From: a virus
Taxonomy: Duplodnaviria > Caudoviricetes
IMG/VR virus record: IMGVR_UViG_3300048591_000242
Location: 96,001 to 160,000 of that record
DNA length: 64,000 nt
Strand: one strand, 5' to 3'
Part shown: piece after piece, positions 30,710 to 42,310 of the stretch
Layout of the letters: every line of letters starts with the position of its first letter
Position numbering within the stretch: position 1 is the stretch's first letter
The notes under the pieces: model-generated
What the model was told of the DNA's origin: nothing
Databases searched by the model: none
Seen by the model: only the letters and a program-made list of their open reading frames with translations
Program-made: the position numbers and the translations under genes

Positions 30710-31990
30710 GTGGGGGGATTTTTGATTCTGGAGGTGTTTATAGAAAAGTGGAAACTTGTAAAATTGGCACCAAATTATGAAATATCTAGCTGTGGAAAAG
30801 TTAGAAGAGTTAAAGATCACTACCATCTAAAAATTGGTATAGACAGATATGGTTATAATAAAATACATCTAATAAAAAATGATGGATCTAATTATTACAC
30901 AACCATACATCGTCTAGTGGCTATTGCTTTTGTAGATAATCCAAATAGATATACTCAAGTTAATCACAAGGATGGCAATAAAGCAAACAACCACTATACC
31001 AACCTGGAGTGGTGTGACGCAAAACACAACGTTATCCACTCGTATGTGAATGGATTAAACAACAACAGGCTACCCGTTATACTAAAAGATTTAAATACCG
31101 GCTATAAAAAATCTTTTATCTCAATAAAAGAAATGTGTAGATATTTAAATTTGAAACCAAATGTGGTTACTCCTTATATCAAAATATCCCACAAATACCC
31201 TTTTATGGGGAAATACGTAATTGAGGCCGATGAGACTGCTATAAAAGGTATATCTAATAGTAAATCACATGGTGTTGATTGTTATGTTTATGATCATGTC
31301 TCTTGCAAACTGACCAAATATCCAAGCATCAATATGGCTTCGTATTTTACAGGAATTAGAGGGCTATCTAATTTATCTAAATACAGTCCTATTAATGTTG
31401 CTGGATATACAGTAAGCAAAATAAGAGAAGAGTGCGTGTCTGATAAACACAAAATAAGTCTTACCTATGCATCTGAAAAGAGGGAAAAATATCACAGCGT
31501 TTCATACACCCAAAGATCAGACGAGGGATATGAGACATATGACTATTATACAGGAAAAACTGTATGGCACAAGGACAGAGACTGTGTTAGGGACTGGATA
31601 AACAAACACAGGGTCATATCCACCTTGCCCATAGAAAGCGATAACGTTAACGTAGCGGTATCTAGTTCTAAGAAAAATAGCAGAACATGTCTTCTTAGGG
31701 GCTATGGGGTAAGATCACTACTTCATGGTTTTGAATGGTTTCCTTATACGGAGGAAGTTATTTTATCAAACATGTATAATAGAAAATTCATTACTAAGTG
31801 TTTTAAGCTAAAAATGTGTGGCAAAACTGAAATAGTATTTGGCCTTCCGGCATTAGCTAAAATATTAAATGCGCCGCATGACATGCCTTTTAACAAAATG
31901 TCTGTTACGTATTTAAACTCGTTGCTAAACGCACCCCACGAAAGCGTAGAGCGACTTAATAACATAGTCGATTTAAAGATAAAGATATAG
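30710..31990 (+). CDS. intron-encoded NUMOD4/HNH homing endonuclease
   Basis: EKWK..NYEISSCGKV; IHRLVA.AF..VNHKDGNKANNH..NLEWC; stop codon overlaps intron P7. Confidence 0.9.
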   Translation: MGGFLILEVFIEKWKLVKLAPNYEISSCGKVRRVKDHYHLKIGIDRYGYNKIHLIKNDGSNYYTTIHRLVAIAFVDNPNRYTQVNHKDGNKANNHYTNLEWCDAKHNVIHSYVNGLNNNRLPVILKDLNTGYKKSFISIKEMCRYLNLKPNVVTPYIKISHKYPFMGKYVIEADETAIKGISNSKSHGVDCYVYDHVSCKLTKYPSINMASYFTGIRGLSNLSKYSPINVAGYTVSKIREECVSDKHKISLTYASEKREKYHSVSYTQRSDEGYETYDYYTGKTVWHKDRDCVRDWINKHRVISTLPIESDNVNVAVSSSKKNSRTCLLRGYGVRSLLHGFEWFPYTEEVILSNMYNRKFITKCFKLKMCGKTEIVFGLPALAKILNAPHDMPFNKMSVTYLNSLLNAPHESVERLNNIVDLKIKI

Positions 31991-32064
31991 TCTAGTCTGC
32001 ATGGAAACATGTAGCAGTTCATAAGAGAACGCGCACCATCTAACGAGTGGTGTGGAATATAACG

Positions 32065-32796
32065 AGTGGAAGTGTGTTGGGCCCGCTGATAGTAGCGGAG
32101 TTACTGCGTAGAGCTATCCCTGTCGTTGCGGTTATTGTGGGTTCCTCTGATTCCGCAAAAGAAGTAAACAACAGTCTAGATACGTTGTCTAGTTTACAGC
32201 AGATGTCGAACGGCGGCCATACTGGCGGTAGAGCTATTCCTATGGTTTATTTGGAAAATGCTCGCGCAGTGAAGGGTAATAAAGAAGACAAGATGGCGAG
32301 CCGCAGTGCTGTGGACAAGCAGGTTGAAGAAAATATTCGTCAACTGGCTTTACTGTTCTCTGGCATGCATCGTGAACTAGATAGAACTGATCTGGTAAAC
32401 TGGTTAGACCACAGTAAGGTTTCTCCTTCTATACCTGCCCAGTTACTGGAAGTCATTATTCACAAAGAAGACGACAGCAACATGCTGGAGGCTTATAGTG
32501 GTTTAGTGGTAGGGGTGGCTAGTTTATTGGCCAGTGAAGATGATCTTATTTCTGATCTAAATGCACCCTATGCCACTAAGGGGTATCTACAGGAAGAAGT
32601 TCTGGAATATGCTGATATTCCAAATCACACATACATTACTACAGCAGCTCGAGTACCAAAAATATTCGAGCGTTTTACCCAAGCTAAGCAGCTCCACCGA
32701 GATACCGTAGAGTCACTAAGCGGTATGGAAGTAGTAGGTGTTAATTCTGGATTTGGTACCTCCGGTATGTCCGGTGGAGACGGCATGGTAATTTAG
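32065..32796 (+). CDS. phuZ: PhuZ phage tubulin, exon 2 (243 aa)
   Basis: begins SGSVLGPL; LDRTDLVNW; C-terminal DGMVI tail; spliced product 347 aa. Confidence 0.9.
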   Translation, partial: SGSVLGPLIVAELLRRAIPVVAVIVGSSDSAKEVNNSLDTLSSLQQMSNGGHTGGRAIPMVYLENARAVKGNKEDKMASRSAVDKQVEENIRQLALLFSGMHRELDRTDLVNWLDHSKVSPSIPAQLLEVIIHKEDDSNMLEAYSGLVVGVASLLASEDDLISDLNAPYATKGYLQEEVLEYADIPNHTYITTAARVPKIFERFTQAKQLHRDTVESLSGMEVVGVNSGFGTSGMSGGDGMVI

Positions 32797-32833
32797 TAGT
32801 TATTAGCAGGGTGACTTTGGTTGCCCTGCTATT

Positions 32834-33187
32834 ATGGAGCTATATGTGTCTATGAATGCATTAATAGTAAAGTTTGACTCTGATACACAGAGGGAGATCT
32901 TTGAAATAATAAACGGTATACTGGAGTACATAGCAGATCCGTTTGGATGTACGCCTGATGACCTGTACGTTCACTGGCTACTAACGCAGATATCACTAGT
33001 TTATAATAAAACTTATATTCCAACCACAACCACAGTACCTACGTTAGAAATGGAAAATACCATAGAAAGTTGCCTGTCATCATACGTTGATGCATTAAGA
33101 CAAATGGTGACGGTACCGGTAGTATTTCCAGATAATTTTACGGTACAAAGAATAGATTCTAATTCTTTGCTAATAAAAGGGGTTTAG
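32834..33187 (+). CDS. hypothetical protein
   Basis: 117-aa ORF in the operon downstream of phuZ. Confidence 0.6.
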   Translation: MELYVSMNALIVKFDSDTQREIFEIINGILEYIADPFGCTPDDLYVHWLLTQISLVYNKTYIPTTTTVPTLEMENTIESCLSSYVDALRQMVTVPVVFPDNFTVQRIDSNSLLIKGV

Positions 33188-33192
33188 TAGTA

Positions 33193-33954
33193 ATGTCACA
33201 ATTCATAAAAACAAGTCTAATTGTAGAGTATAGACAAACTGCTATAGATGTTTTAACGGAATTGAATAACCTGGTCAGAAGTGAGCTATTGCCGGATCTA
33301 AATATAGACTTAGGCTTCTGTGAAAATATGATAATCTCTCAAGTAAAAGATATAGCTGAGCAGGAGCTACGTGCTATACTTAAAAATAAACCCAACGATT
33401 TTCTAGGTCATCTGGTAGCCAATAAAATAAAGGTACACCTGGCTAATAACAACATTCGTAAAGAATACCTTGATATGATGCCTGAAACCCACCGGGTGTT
33501 TTTGGCTGATAAAAAGAAACGGGAGATACTATTATACAGGTATGCGGCGGAAGGTATCAATGGTTTATTGGATGAGCTGTGTCATTTACCGTTTGCCATG
33601 CGTGACTATATAGTAGAATGTGTAGTTAGTATATGGCCGATAACTAGTACGTCGTACGGGCAATTAAATATGGCATTTAATGTTACTGACAGCGTGTATA
33701 GACCGGACATACGGGAGCTAGAACTAAGAGACATGGAAGCTGAGAAAGTTTCCGGTTTTATTGATAACGTAATGTGTATTATAGACGACTTAGGCTGTCT
33801 TAGTAGGCTAAGAGAATTGGTTTCCAGTAGAATCCATGGTAATCCCTATGATGTTTGGGATGTAACTATTAAACCAGGCGGTATAATGGTAGTAGAACAT
33901 GTAGGGGATTTCAGAATACTGGAATGGCATAGAGCAAACAACCACAGCAGGTAA
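33193..33954 (+). CDS. conserved phiKZ-like hypothetical protein
   Basis: 253 aa; C-terminal GDFRILEW motif. Confidence 0.65.
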   Translation: MSQFIKTSLIVEYRQTAIDVLTELNNLVRSELLPDLNIDLGFCENMIISQVKDIAEQELRAILKNKPNDFLGHLVANKIKVHLANNNIRKEYLDMMPETHRVFLADKKKREILLYRYAAEGINGLLDELCHLPFAMRDYIVECVVSIWPITSTSYGQLNMAFNVTDSVYRPDIRELELRDMEAEKVSGFIDNVMCIIDDLGCLSRLRELVSSRIHGNPYDVWDVTIKPGGIMVVEHVGDFRILEWHRANNHSR

Positions 33955-33960
33955 ATAAAA

Positions 33961-34311
33961 ATGATGCCTATTAAAGTACTTGTAGGTATAACTGATATAA
34001 CTAACCACCTTAAAGACTTATTGTCTAGATTCAGCCCTAGCGTAACCTTTATGGATCTAACACACATCACGGAACATTATGTCGACTGCTATATGTACGG
34101 ATCTATGTATGCACAGTACACCATAGATCCAATAGACGAGCTGTTTAGCAGTTTATCCGTACCTACAGATTACAGGACGTACATCAAGACTGACCTTAGT
34201 ATGTCTGTAGTTCTACTGATAGATGAGGCTATGAGGGGGTTGTCTCCAGCAGACGCTAGTTTTGTAATATCGTGGCTACCCAGGGGCGTTGGGGTAATTG
34301 AAGAGGTGTAG
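33961..34311 (+). CDS. hypothetical protein
   Basis: 116-aa tightly packed ORF. Confidence 0.6.
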   Translation: MMPIKVLVGITDITNHLKDLLSRFSPSVTFMDLTHITEHYVDCYMYGSMYAQYTIDPIDELFSSLSVPTDYRTYIKTDLSMSVVLLIDEAMRGLSPADASFVISWLPRGVGVIEEV

Positions 34312-34633
34312 AGTGAGGATAATAGTACCACAACCACATGTAAACTGGATCTACAGAAATCTATCTACAGATGAGACATATATAGCTAGATACGTATATA
34401 TGCTTCTGGTAAATGGGTTTGCAGATTCCACTGAAGAAATCATTAGTAAACTTAACTCACATAACTGGCTAGGTGTATCCAGAGACGCTGACTATACACT
34501 AGTGCTAGAGAGAATAGTTTCCAGAATGGTTTCTGAATACCAGTCTACCGAGCTTGTAGGCTTAGTAAATAGTAAAGTAGTAGATATCTGTCTACTACCA
34601 CCAACCGCACTTATTTTAACGACCAAAGACTGA
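34298..34633 (+). CDS. hypothetical protein
   Basis: 111-aa ORF overlapping the upstream stop. Confidence 0.55.
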   Translation: MKRCRVRIIVPQPHVNWIYRNLSTDETYIARYVYMLLVNGFADSTEEIISKLNSHNWLGVSRDADYTLVLERIVSRMVSEYQSTELVGLVNSKVVDICLLPPTALILTTKD

Positions 34634-34664
34634 CTCTCTAGCCGGGAGTCAGTGAGGTTTTATT

Positions 34665-35060
34665 ATGCATTCCTATAATCATCTTTTTATGCCGTTTGAG
34701 CCTAATGTACAGGCGGCTATAGTTCTAGAACACCGTAACATTTTAAATATATGCTTAAATTCAGGCCTAGCAGATACGTGGTTGTTGTTGCCTGAAATAT
34801 ACACGTGCTTAATATTTAGACCAGAGATGGCGTATGAGGAAATAGCCGATCACCTCCTTAACAGTTCAATGGGGGATGTATTGGAGACTATGGTGGAATT
34901 TAATTATCCAAATTTTACAAATTTGCTTTATAAGTTTGTAGCTGATGTAGTGGAGAGTAGTAGTAAATTTCCATACGACCCAGCTATATACAGAGGCATG
35001 TATGTATTTGAGGCAAGGCCAGTTAGTCGTGACCACATAGCCATTACTTTTAATGTATGA
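34665..35060 (+). CDS. hypothetical protein
   Basis: 131-aa ORF with GAGGT SD. Confidence 0.6.
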   Translation: MHSYNHLFMPFEPNVQAAIVLEHRNILNICLNSGLADTWLLLPEIYTCLIFRPEMAYEEIADHLLNSSMGDVLETMVEFNYPNFTNLLYKFVADVVESSSKFPYDPAIYRGMYVFEARPVSRDHIAITFNV

Positions 35061-35425
35061 GAATATTTGTTATGAAATTAATTATAAGACATCCTGGAAT
35101 CCTTAGGGTATTGGAGGATACTGATCCTGCCATATCCCATATACTTCTGGCTGATGTTTTAAGATTACTTTTAAGTAATACTTATAAGGCACCAGATGAG
35201 ATAGTAGGTGAGCTGCATGCAGAATACGATGCAATGGAGAGACTGTATGATCAGTTACCGGAGAGAGATCCTTATTTGGTAGAAAACAGTGTAGACGATT
35301 TTGTATATGCATTATCGAGTACATTTGAATATCCATACAACCTTACTGACTTTATAGACCTAAGTACGATTTGGGTAAAGAAGGTAGACATTATAGGTAG
35401 AGATGGAGTAATACTGACAATTTGA
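35057..35425 (+). CDS. hypothetical protein
   Basis: 122-aa ORF, ATGA coupling. Confidence 0.6.
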   Translation: MRIFVMKLIIRHPGILRVLEDTDPAISHILLADVLRLLLSNTYKAPDEIVGELHAEYDAMERLYDQLPERDPYLVENSVDDFVYALSSTFEYPYNLTDFIDLSTIWVKKVDIIGRDGVILTI

Positions 35426-35440
35426 CTAAGGCGGTGTGGT

Positions 35441-35752
35441 GTGGCGATAGATATAATAATCAGAGCCGACAACTGGGAAGAGCTAATTGGTGTCATACAC
35501 TGCATCAATTATGCCGATATACCCAGTGACGTATCTATAAGAATGGCCATTTGTAAAGATCTGGAAAAAACCATGAAGGCTTTGTTAAAGGCTAGTGTGG
35601 ATATAGATGATGTATTGTTATCTCATCCAGAAATAGCGATACATTTTAACGAACTTTGGGATAATATACAAGGCTACGGCTATGATATTTCGGATATCAA
35701 GATAATTGATAATTCCGGATCAATTTTAATGCGCATGGGGAGAATTAAATGA
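35441..35752 (+). CDS. hypothetical protein
   Basis: 103-aa ORF. Confidence 0.55.
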   Translation: MAIDIIIRADNWEELIGVIHCINYADIPSDVSIRMAICKDLEKTMKALLKASVDIDDVLLSHPEIAIHFNELWDNIQGYGYDISDIKIIDNSGSILMRMGRIK

Positions 35753-36168
35753 GTCCAATTAGTTTAGAAAACCTTAAGATAGGTGATAACATAATGTTCA
35801 CTACCTATGGTCCGGTTGCAGGTAAGGTAGAGTTTGCAGGTAAGGTAATAGGTTTATCTACAGCAGAATGGTTGCCTGTTACAACTACAGCCCCAACGGA
35901 TCACGTTAACATATATCGTGATTTACCTACTGAGGTACAAGAGTATGTAGAGGATAACTATAGCTCCTATAACTACATAGCAGTTAAAACCATAGACGGC
36001 GTGTTTTACATAGGAGAGCCGTGGATAGTTCTAGGTACACTTGTTTTGGATAATCCGGCCACAGCCACCGTTACCGTTTCTGATTATCGAGAATCTGATA
36101 CAAACCTTTTAACTCAGTTGCTATTATCTAATGGTTTTAAGGTAACTAAAGTAATTGTAAATAATTAA
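35749..36168 (+). CDS. conserved SH3-fold-like protein (phiKZ gp49-like)
   Basis: position upstream of the DNA polymerase; GD.I.F.TY..G.PWI pattern. Confidence 0.6.
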   Translation: MSPISLENLKIGDNIMFTTYGPVAGKVEFAGKVIGLSTAEWLPVTTTAPTDHVNIYRDLPTEVQEYVEDNYSSYNYIAVKTIDGVFYIGEPWIVLGTLVLDNPATATVTVSDYRESDTNLLTQLLLSNGFKVTKVIVNN

Positions 36169-36186
36169 ACGATTTGTAATATATAT

Positions 36187-36486
36187 GTGGAGTTATACTT
36201 TCACGCTGGTGTTTTCGGAGTAGGTCCTCGCTACTCATGTTTCCGACTAAAATCGGTCGCCCCTTTACCAGCGATCTTCTCGCATTCGGGTTTTTTACGT
36301 TTTCTCCCGATACTCCACGTACACGCCAGACCTTCGTGGTTGGGGATCTGGCGTGTACACCTATTTTAAAGGTTTGCGCCCTCGTGCGATACAACGGACT
36401 ACTCTCCGGTTGTTTCTTATGGGCGTTTTGCTAAAGGCTACCATCTATCACTTTACCCTAGCAAAGTGCGGATGGTAGCCTTTTTC
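36187..36486. ncRNA. candidate structured non-coding RNA
   Basis: GC-rich intergenic tract; perfect 12-bp stem 36319-30/36347-58, long-range pairing, closing long hairpin with T-run. Confidence 0.35.
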
Positions 36487-36555
36487 TCTATGCCATATTT
36501 TTTAACAACAAAATATCATTTATATGAGAACAACATCTTAATATAGGAGGATAAC

Positions 36556-36850
36556 ATGAAGATATTTTCAGTAAGAAACATAGTTATACTTCTAAATACA
36601 GTGATAGGTCCAATAACTGATGCCTGCGTAATAGCGCATTGCAACAGCTATATAAACTGGGGGGACTCTAAGCGACACCGATGTCGCGTGGGTCGGAGTA
36701 ACTATAGACGCAGACTGGCACCAGATCGCCACGTGCCATACCGAAGGTGCATCGGGTGTACGTATGGGTAGAATTGCCCCAGTAGATGAAAGTCCTGTTC
36801 TCCGTTACGTAGTCCCGCCAAAAAACCTTTATAAGCATGGATACTCCTAG
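36556..36850 (+). pseudogene. possible frameshifted small gene
   Basis: GGAGG SD + ATG; a protein-like frame continues after the G6 run at 36659-36664. Confidence 0.3.
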
Positions 36851-36880
36851 GCTGATCCTAGGAGTATCGTACTATGCTGT
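36840..36880 (+). terminator. hairpin + TATGCTGT element
   Basis: perfect 12-bp stem. Confidence 0.65.
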
Positions 36881-39268
36881 ATTTCCTAATTTAAAACAAT
36901 ATTAGGTAATTCTTTGTAATCAATGCACGTGTCGTTAAAGGACATAATGGGGAAGAACCAATGAGCAATAACCCTTTCATAAGAGATCCGAAGAAATACA
37001 TAAGGGATCTTGATATAATTTCTAACTACTGTGAGAATATGGCGCAGTACTTAGCCATTTCTACTGGGGATAAATACGAAGACGTTCTATTGTGGGTAAA
37101 ATCAAACATCAAACCAGTAGAGCCTAAACTTAAAGTATTAGCCAGAAGAGACGGAGCTGATAGAAAAAAGGAAGTACAGGAATTATCCAAATATTTAAAT
37201 GAGGTATCTCATACTAACAGACTACTAGGGCCTAACCTAATAGTCTATGATAATCCTAAAAAGAATAAGTCTTTTATTTCTGAATTTATAGATAAGGGAT
37301 TAGAGAGGAGATCCATTGTAAAGAAGAAGGGACAGAAGGCTGAGATGGAAGGGGATATGGAAACAGCTATTTTCTGTGACAATCAACAGGGTAGAATAAA
37401 GATTCTAAACAACTCTATCTCGGGCGCACATGCGTCGCCACATAACCCTATTTATAATGCTACAGCGCATACTACACTTACCTCCGTATGTAGGTGTGCT
37501 ACTAGTTATTCTAATGCGGTAGTAGAAAAACTACTTACCGGCAACCGACATTATTATAGTCCGGAAATAGCTCTGGCTGACTTAGCCTCTATTATCAGAA
37601 TAACTGATTTAGATAAGCTAGAGAAAGCAATGGCTAAGTACTCCATAGTGCCACCTACAAAGGAATATGCTTTAGCGCATATTCTAGAGTCTTGTAATTT
37701 GTACTGGAGAAGTCCTACTGGAAACAGACAGCTATCTGAGTTTATAAACGCTATGTCTGACATAGAACTATCTGCTATAACTTACGTATCTGACCTTAAA
37801 GGTATAAGAGATACCAATGATGCCTTCATGCGCAGATTCATAGGCTGTTTGGTGGAAAAGGCCACAGTAGGTATAGATGAGCCTGAGAAGTATCACAAAG
37901 CCGCTGGTGGAGATTTACTGGCTATGGTAGGGTTAGTTATGTCTGAGGAGCTAAAGGGCCGTACGGTGGATAGAATGGCTAAAGAGGACCCAGAGTACTA
38001 CCGACTATATGGTGCTACTATAAAACAGATACTGGATAGCCTGTCCCTGTACACTGACTTTATAGATGCATTCTTGCGTACCGACAACATGCCGCCAGCA
38101 ATTCACACCATAACCTCATCGCTACGACGAGTGGCTATAGTCTCTGACACCGATAGTACTATTTTTACTACTGAAAACTGGGTAAGATGGTACTTAGGAA
38201 AAAATGAGTTTAATGTTAAAGCTATGTCGGTAGCTGGAGCTATAGCTTATATAGACTCACAGGTACTAGCTCATACATTGGCCATGTTATCTAGACATTT
38301 GGGGGTAGGAGACGATCAGTTATTTAGGTTAGCTATGAAGTCTGAGTTCTATCAGCCGGTACTGGGTGTAACTAACATGTCAAAACATTATTTCTCATAC
38401 ATACAGGCATGTGAAGGTAATGTATACTCAGAATTAAAGTTTGATACTAAGGGGGTAAACCTTAAAAACTCCAGGCTGCCTGGGGTAATTAAAACTGAAC
38501 TTAATAACTACATAAGGTGGATTATGGATTCGGTTATGTCTGAAACCAAACCTACCTTACGTGACGTATTAAGAATACCGGCTACTATAGCCCACGATAT
38601 ATCAGCTAGTCTTTCTTCTGGGGATACTAGCTATTTATCACACATGCAAATAAAACCTAAGTCTTCCTATAAGGGAGATAATCCACCAGCATGGGTACAG
38701 TATCAGCTATGGACTAAGGTATTTGCTCCGGTATATGGGCCAGCAGACCCACCCCCGTATTCTGCAGTAAAGGTACCAGTTATTATAGATAGTAGAGCTA
38801 AGATGGATAGTTGGGCTGAGACTTTAGATCCGGCTATGTCTAAAAGACTACGTGAAATGGTAATGGGTGAATACACGTACACTAGTGTTGATGGCTTAGT
38901 TGAACTAAGAGATGGAGATGTGGTTTTATTCATAACCAGAAAAGGAGGTATTTGCGGGGATATGGGTAAGCTGTATACCTATAGAGGTCAAGCCAAGTCT
39001 ATTGATTTAAGTAGCTTAGGATTAAGTGAAGTATCGTCCTCTACCAGAATATGGGAGTATACTGGTTCCACTAGAGAAAGCTTTACTAGTTTTATGGTAC
39101 CTGTATCTAGATTACGTGATGGTAAAATGCCTGTAGAAATAGCGCGTATTGTAGATTCTGCTAAAATTGAAGACGAAATGTTAGCTGGATTTATGATAGC
39201 TCTTGAGACTACTGGGTTCTACATACGTAACTCTGGTAAAACCAGATTACTGTCTAAAGAAATAGATA

Positions 39269-41699
<2,431 letters not shown>

Positions 41700-41713
41700 A
41701 AGGAAAATGTAAG

Positions 41714-42253
41714 ATGTCTAAAGTTACTGAAATATCAAACGTAATTGGTGGATTAGAAGGTGTGAGTGTGGGCGGCATATTGTCGCGCTTAAAACCTACT
41801 ATGGCGGTAAAGCTTTTAGATAAGGAATTCTTTGAGGAGTATGGAATTCCATCGTACGCCACAAATGGATCTGCTGGTCTAGATCTACTAGCCCACGTAC
41901 CTGAAGATATTGTTGTAGAGCCCGGTGAAGTAAAGTTGGTACCTACTGGTATGTGCATTCAGTTACCGTCTGAAGATTTAGTCGCGTTTCTACTACCTAA
42001 GTCGGGTATTGGCCATAAGAGCGGTATCATTCTAGGTAACGGAACAGGGGTAATCGACGCAGATTACCGTGAGCAAATGTTTGTTTCGGTATGGAACAGA
42101 AGTGCGCAGGCATTTACAATTAGTCGCGGTATGAAGATCTGTCAAATGGTTATCTTGCCGGTAGTACAGGTAAATCTTGAAATTAAAGATGAACTAACCG
42201 AAACCGACAGAAGTGGTGGTTTTGGCAGTACTGGTAAATTTATTAACAGATAG
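41714..42253 (+). CDS. dut: dUTPase
   Basis: AGLDL, PKSG, GVIDADYR and RSGGFGSTG motifs. Confidence 0.95.
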   Translation: MSKVTEISNVIGGLEGVSVGGILSRLKPTMAVKLLDKEFFEEYGIPSYATNGSAGLDLLAHVPEDIVVEPGEVKLVPTGMCIQLPSEDLVAFLLPKSGIGHKSGIILGNGTGVIDADYREQMFVSVWNRSAQAFTISRGMKICQMVILPVVQVNLEIKDELTETDRSGGFGSTGKFINR

Positions 42254-42303
42254 CATAAGCTATACAGATACCTCCGATCGGAGGTATCTGTAATGTATGC
42301 TGT
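42253..42303. terminator. bidirectional GCATA-hairpin-TATGCTGT element
   Basis: perfect 13-bp stem between convergent genes. Confidence 0.7.
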
Positions 42304-42310
42304 ATTTCTT

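Larger units (their letters stand above)
29716..32064 (+). mobile_element. group I intron (IA-like) in phuZ carrying two endonuclease ORFs
   Basis: exon ends in U, intron in G; P3 29769-74/30666-71, P4 29780-84/30575-79, P7 GACTA 30621-25/TAGTC 31988-92; P8, P9 and P10 pairings. Confidence 0.9.

Noticed and set aside
32047-32064. GTG start for an independent 249-aa protein
   Set aside because: No SD, and the first six codons are intron P9 sequence
29716-32064. Twintron, or two adjacent introns with a micro-exon
   Set aside because: Only one set of P3, P4 and P7 elements was found, and they pair across both ORFs
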